A stretch of 64,000 bases of DNA, from contig OZ242326.1 of assembly GCA_965208325.1 (NCBI GenBank), forward strand, positions 1,792,001-1,856,000. The letters are read 5' to 3'. Of this stretch, positions 59,946 through 64,000 are shown piece by piece; the stretch's first letter is position 1; every line of letters starts with the position of its first letter. The position numbers were made by a program, and so were the translations under genes. Under the pieces are notes generated by a model, which searched no databases, was not told where the DNA came from, and saw only the letters and a list, made by a program, of their open reading frames with translations. This DNA comes from Candidatus Poribacteria bacterium. GTDB lineage: Bacteria; Poribacteria; WGA-4E; PCPOR2b.

Positions 59946-61199
59946 CTATAAGTTTGCCGCAACATCCGTCCGATACGCTTTGACGGCGGGCAAAACGCCC
60001 GCAACTGCCCCTAAGATTATAACACAAACTGGTGCGATGATAAACGCAGGATGAAAACTTAACAGGTCCAATACGATTCCGGTTTGTGCACGAACAATCG
60101 CCGACGCTGCCGTGAAGATTATTCCGTAAACGATGAAACCAATGACGACGCCCATTGCGGCGATAGATGCGGCTTCCAACACGATTACGGAAAAAACCGT
60201 TTTCCGACGCGCACCGAGCGACCGCAAAATGGCGAACTCACGCCGCCGTTCGTTAATCGAATTATACACGCTTGCGAGAATTGAGCCTGCCGCCACCACA
60301 ACGACAAGATAGGAAACCAGCGCCAAAATTTGATTCATCCAACCAATTTTATCAAACAGTCTCGCCATCACCGCGCCTATCGGCCATGCGAGAGTTGCCG
60401 CCTTACCCTGTTTATTTATTGTGGCGTCCATCATGAAGCCAATCTGCGGATTGCGAAACTTCAGCATAACGGCACTGACCTCTTTGTGCTCGTCGGGAAT
60501 CTCTCGTCCTGGTTCAGCCACATAATCCTCCCCACTTCCGCGCAACACATGCCCCTCCATCCGGTAAATCCCTTCAATCGGAATCCAGATGACGCGGTCA
60601 GACGGAGAATTGGTCGGTTTAAGCACACCGACGACGGTATATTGCTCGTCATGCCGCATCGACTCATCAAATACTAATCCGTGATAGGGGTTAAAGTTAT
60701 CGCCTACCTTCAAGCCTAACTTATCCGCGGTGTAGCTGCCCAAAACCGCTTCTTGCCGAGCCGGATTGAAAAAACGTCCGCCGCCTTGAGTTTGAAACCG
60801 AACGCCATCACGGTACTCAAACTCTGTGAATAACGTCCGCGTCGTGCCGACGATGCGGAATCCGTGATAGTTGTCTCCGAGTGCGTAAGGCACGGCGAGT
60901 TCGACGCGAGGGTCGTCTCTCATCGCCTGATACATCGCCCATGGTATATTGCCGGGTGAGGTTTCGAGATGAAAGACAGTGTTCAATACCAGTTGCAGCG
61001 GACTGCCGCGCGCACCGAGAACCGCATCAAAGCCGATCTGACCGCCCGTGAATGCGGCTACAGATTGCGCCTTGATGCCGATGACTGCCATGACGAGTCC
61101 GGTTCCGAGCGCTATCGACAGCGCAGCGATAAGCGTCGATAGGGCGTGTTGCCGCAGGCTGCGTCGAACGATGAATAACAAACTCATGCGCTTTTTCAT
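59946..61199 (-). CDS. ABC permease, MacB/FtsX type (ZrgC-like)
   Basis: VLGARGSPLQLVLNTVFH, AVPYALGDNYHGFRIVGT, ERRREFAILRSLGA. Confidence 0.92.
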   Translation of the reverse strand: MKKRMSLLFIVRRSLRQHALSTLIAALSIALGTGLVMAVIGIKAQSVAAFTGGQIGFDAVLGARGSPLQLVLNTVFHLETSPGNIPWAMYQAMRDDPRVELAVPYALGDNYHGFRIVGTTRTLFTEFEYRDGVRFQTQGGGRFFNPARQEAVLGSYTADKLGLKVGDNFNPYHGLVFDESMRHDEQYTVVGVLKPTNSPSDRVIWIPIEGIYRMEGHVLRGSGEDYVAEPGREIPDEHKEVSAVMLKFRNPQIGFMMDATINKQGKAATLAWPIGAVMARLFDKIGWMNQILALVSYLVVVVAAGSILASVYNSINERRREFAILRSLGARRKTVFSVIVLEAASIAAMGVVIGFIVYGIIFTAASAIVRAQTGIVLDLLSFHPAFIIAPVCVIILGAVAGVLPAVKAYRTDVAANL

Positions 61200-61317
61200 T
61201 TTTCCACGTGAATATTGTGCCGCAGGATTTTCAGTACGGTGTCACATGTTCGTGCTCAATGCGGGATTCGGATATGCACACTCGCCGGCTGATGCGGCGG
61301 GCGCATTTTTTATGCGA

Positions 61318-61980
61318 TCACGCACGATTCACATGTGCGAAATCTGTTGCCTTCTCAAACTGCTCCAATATTCCGACATCGTGGCTAACGGTGAGCAACG
61401 CGGCGTTGTTTTCATGGCAAATCTCGCGGATAAGCGCTATCGCTTCGTTAGCGCGGTGATAATCCAGATTTCCAGTCGGTTCGTCGGCAAGCACCAAGCG
61501 CGGACGGTTGGCGATAGCTCGGGCAACCGCAACACGCTGCTGTTGCCCGACGGATAATTGCGACGGCGGATATCCCATTCGATCGCCCAATCCGACCCGT
61601 TCAAGCAGGTGTTGGGCGAACTCTACATCAACGCCCTTCCCAAACATCATGCCGAGCACGACATTTTCCAATGCGGTGTAACCGTGGAGCAGATTGAAGG
61701 TCTGGAAGATGTAGCCTATATGGCTGGCGCGCAGTGAATCCCGCCCAGACTCGGAGAGGCCAGTCATCTCCTCACCATTAATGACGATCTGTCCGCTATC
61801 GGCGTGCAGAATTCCAGCGACAAGATTAAGAAACGTGGTTTTACCCGTGCCGCTGCTTCCCTTGAGCGCCGTCTGCGAACCTGCCTCCAGCTCGAAATGA
61901 GGCACATCAACGACCCGAGTCTGCGTGCCTTCAGGCGAGCAATAGGCTTTTTCGAGATTAGCGACTGTCAAGAGCGGCAT
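61318..61980 (-). CDS. ABC ATP-binding protein (ZrgB/LolD-like)
   Basis: GSSGTGKT, LSVGQQQRVAVARA, LADEPTGNLD, VSHD. Confidence 0.95.
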   Translation of the reverse strand: MPLLTVANLEKAYCSPEGTQTRVVDVPHFELEAGSQTALKGSSGTGKTTFLNLVAGILHADSGQIVINGEEMTGLSESGRDSLRASHIGYIFQTFNLLHGYTALENVVLGMMFGKGVDVEFAQHLLERVGLGDRMGYPPSQLSVGQQQRVAVARAIANRPRLVLADEPTGNLDYHRANEAIALIREICHENNAALLTVSHDVGILEQFEKATDFAHVNRA

Positions 61981-61992
61981 AACACACCGTGA

Positions 61993-62391
61993 TTAGTTGT
62001 TCGACGTTTCGCAGTGTTGACACATACGGCAGAGGCGGCGATTGATGAGGTGAACAACTGCTAGCAGAAGTCCGCCCATAGCCATGAAGATTACTTCGCT
62101 CCCCTCTGATGCGTGAAACCGTGCAATGTAGATGAGTGTTAATGCACCACCGAGCATCAGAAACACTCGCCATTTTCGGTGGTTTCTATAGCCCCATGTG
62201 AAACTGCCTACAGCAACTCCCACTGCGCCGAATACCAGCGTCAACTCCGCTGACTCGCTGAGAATAAACCCAAGCCCAACCAGCGGCAATACGGTCATCA
62301 AGAGCGGGGCTGCCATACAGTGGACGGCACACGCAAACGACAAGCATGCGCCTACATTGTCCACGACTGTGTGATTCAGATATCTGTTCAA
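61993..62391 (-). CDS. MerC-domain membrane protein, stand-alone copy
   Basis: DNVGACLSFACAVHCMAAPLL (CxxHC), four TM segments, GYRNHR, HLIN..LC. Confidence 0.9.
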   Translation of the reverse strand: MNRYLNHTVVDNVGACLSFACAVHCMAAPLLMTVLPLVGLGFILSESAELTLVFGAVGVAVGSFTWGYRNHRKWRVFLMLGGALTLIYIARFHASEGSEVIFMAMGGLLLAVVHLINRRLCRMCQHCETSNN

Positions 62392-62508
62392 TTATTGGCT
62401 CCTAACGTCATACGTTACTTTTACCGGTTTCCGCTTTGCCGGTCCGGCATGCCAAATCCGAATTAATCGCTAGATTTGGCACGCTGACAGGCAAACTTAT
62501 GTCTTCGG

Positions 62509-63150
62509 TTACGGCGTAACCGTTACGGGAATCAAGAGCGCCGCCGTGAAATCGGGATGGTCGCCGTGCATGAGTTGGAGCTTGATTTGCGTTTGACCGG
62601 CTTTAAGCCCCGCCACCTCAAAGGTGAATTGCTCGGCAAGCTCATCGCCGTGTTCATCGTGTTCCTCATGCTCATCGTCATCGTCGTGATCATCGCCCTC
62701 ATCGTGATCGTCATCATCGTCGTGATCGTCATCGTGTTCATCATGCTCACCGTGATCGTCGTGGTAAAGGTGTACCTCAATGATTGATGAATCATATCCG
62801 CTGAGCGCTAAAGCAAACACCTCTTCCTCGCCATGTTCGTGGTCGTGGTCGTGGTCGTCTTCCTCTTCCGGATTCTCAGGAAAAAATTCATGGCTGTCGT
62901 GGTCAAGGAACGCGGTCAGAACGTCGAGTTCCTCTCCGACTTTGAGCGTGATACCTCCCGTATGCGCCCCCTCAAATTGACGGTATATCTCGTTCCCGTC
63001 AACCTTGAGCACAAAACCGTCTGCATCGGCGTGAAATGGTTCATCGTCATGGCCATTGTCGACAATAGGATTGTCGTCTTCACCGCACGCGGCGAACAGT
63101 GCAACAGATACAAGTAACAACAACGTAAAACGTAAAACAGGCCTAAACAT
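62509..63150 (-). CDS. His/Asp/Glu-rich lipoprotein, copy 2
   Basis: Near-identical to 39969-40601 apart from the His tracts. RBS GGAGG before ATG 63150. Confidence 0.85.
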   Translation of the reverse strand: MFRPVLRFTLLLLVSVALFAACGEDDNPIVDNGHDDEPFHADADGFVLKVDGNEIYRQFEGAHTGGITLKVGEELDVLTAFLDHDSHEFFPENPEEEDDHDHDHEHGEEEVFALALSGYDSSIIEVHLYHDDHGEHDEHDDDHDDDDDHDEGDDHDDDDEHEEHDEHGDELAEQFTFEVAGLKAGQTQIKLQLMHGDHPDFTAALLIPVTVTP

Positions 63151-63308
63151 TATTTCCTCCAGATATAGATAGACTGTATTTCCCAAGCATCAAGACTGAC
63201 GAAACAACGTAAAACAAGCAGACTACTGCCGAGACTGTATAAAACTCAGCCGGGAAAGACAGATAAAGATTTGGTCAAAAAAACAGAGATATGAGATTAT
63301 TGAGCAAC

Positions 63309-63611
63309 TTAAACGGGGATAGTCGGCGGGGCACGACTCCGGACGCCCTTGTCAAGAATCGCAGAAATGAAAGATACGGTGATAGGTTGTTGAATTGAGA
63401 TGCAGGCAGCAAGATTGGTGACGTCAACGGCGTTGAGTTCAATACCGACGTGGTTGGCATTGAAAAAGCAGGCAGAGCAGTGTTCTGAATTGACATCAAC
63501 ATGCTCATGGTCGTGTACAAGTGCAACAAGGTTAACCGTTATCAGATAATAAACGATTCCAATCAATACCCCCCAGCGAATGGGAGTAAAATGGATTTTA
63601 ACCTTTTGCAA
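63309..63611 (-). CDS. DUF2946/CruR-like leader protein, copy 2
   Basis: TTG start after AAGGAG. VHDHEHVDVNSEHCSACFF...VRSRAPPTIPV. Confidence 0.85.
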   Translation of the reverse strand: MQKVKIHFTPIRWGVLIGIVYYLITVNLVALVHDHEHVDVNSEHCSACFFNANHVGIELNAVDVTNLAACISIQQPITVSFISAILDKGVRSRAPPTIPV

Positions 63612-63660
63612 GACTCCTTACCTCATTCAAACGTTCAAAAATTCGCCAACACAGCATTGT

Positions 63661-63689
63661 ATTTTAGCACAACCAATTGGCTTTGTCCA
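63661..63689 (-). promoter_or_regulatory. Sigma70-type promoter with a palindromic spacer, copy 2
   Basis: TGGACA-17 nt-TAAAAT. Spacer contains CCAATTGG. Confidence 0.7.
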
Positions 63690-63864
63690 ATTTTTTTGAT
63701 TCAAAATCGACAGGAATGGGTATCAAACCAAATCCATCGTACTGCCGCTAGGCACCTTGACAAAACTGGTAATAATCGTTTATTCTAAACTACAGCGAGG
63801 CCTTGGAATGTAATGGACCGAAACTGATTTCATTCATGATGACAAGAAAGGACTGTAATCCAGA

Positions 63865-64000
63865 ATGGATAGATTCTTCGCTGTTTTGATGGTTGTTTGC
63901 ATTGTGACTTTTACAAGTATTTCAGATTACGCGGTAAGCGATGAAGGTGAAGCATCAGCCGAAAAATGCCACGTCCCCGGGTGGTTCCGAGTCGATACGG
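63865..64000 (+). CDS. Start of a secreted protein; runs off the window end
   Basis: MDRFFAVLMVVCIVTFTSISDYAVSDEGEASAEKCHVPGWFRVDT, open to the edge. AAAGGA upstream. Confidence 0.6.
   Translation, partial: MDRFFAVLMVVCIVTFTSISDYAVSDEGEASAEKCHVPGWFRVDT

Larger units (their letters stand above)
61997..63694. repeat. 1.7-kb segmental duplication, copy 2
   Basis: Partner of 39457-41146. Confidence 0.97.

Noticed and set aside
61993..62391. Mercury resistance operon
   Set aside because: MerC domain only. No merA, merR, merT or merP, and the context points to His-liganded metal uptake.
63768..63840. Fur/Zur boxes (TAATAATCGTTTATT, GAAACTGATTTCATT) in the divergent promoter region
   Set aside because: Only loosely symmetric and absent from copy 1 of the module. 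Needs a position-weight-matrix scan.

Overview
Bacterial chromosomal segment of about 50% GC. The gene content (PhyH dioxygenase, DUF6785-type membrane protein, HEAT, VWA and propeller proteins, GTAG-type REPs) resembles Candidatus Poribacteria, but that assignment is inference. 1-6 kb holds ordinary genes and REP-type repeats, including a 6x82-bp tandem array. 6.3-15.6 kb is an AT-richer accessory zone with three toxin-antitoxin pairs whose toxins are each broken, an IS3 element flanked by a 532-bp duplication, and a WG-repeat gene. 15.6-34 kb is housekeeping/metabolic (ABC exporter, thiD, thiE, dehydrogenases, pcm, rnpB, metallophosphoesterase, enolase-superfamily enzyme, VIT-VWA protein). 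34-64 kb is mostly a minus-strand transition-metal homeostasis region and the most interesting part. A 1.7-kb module (promoter, DUF2946/CruR-like leader ending in CxxC...RAPP, His/Asp-rich lipoprotein, MerC domain) occurs twice. One copy heads two TonB-dependent receptors, with MerC fused in frame to the first. The other heads a Zrg-like ABC/DUF3299 operon. Between them, a CzcCBA-type efflux operon has its own Cys/His leader ORF and a long RNA hairpin, and a restriction-modification pair is inserted. No metalloregulator gene is visible, so metal sensing by translated leader peptides is the leading hypothesis. All family assignments come from motif recognition by eye, not database searches.
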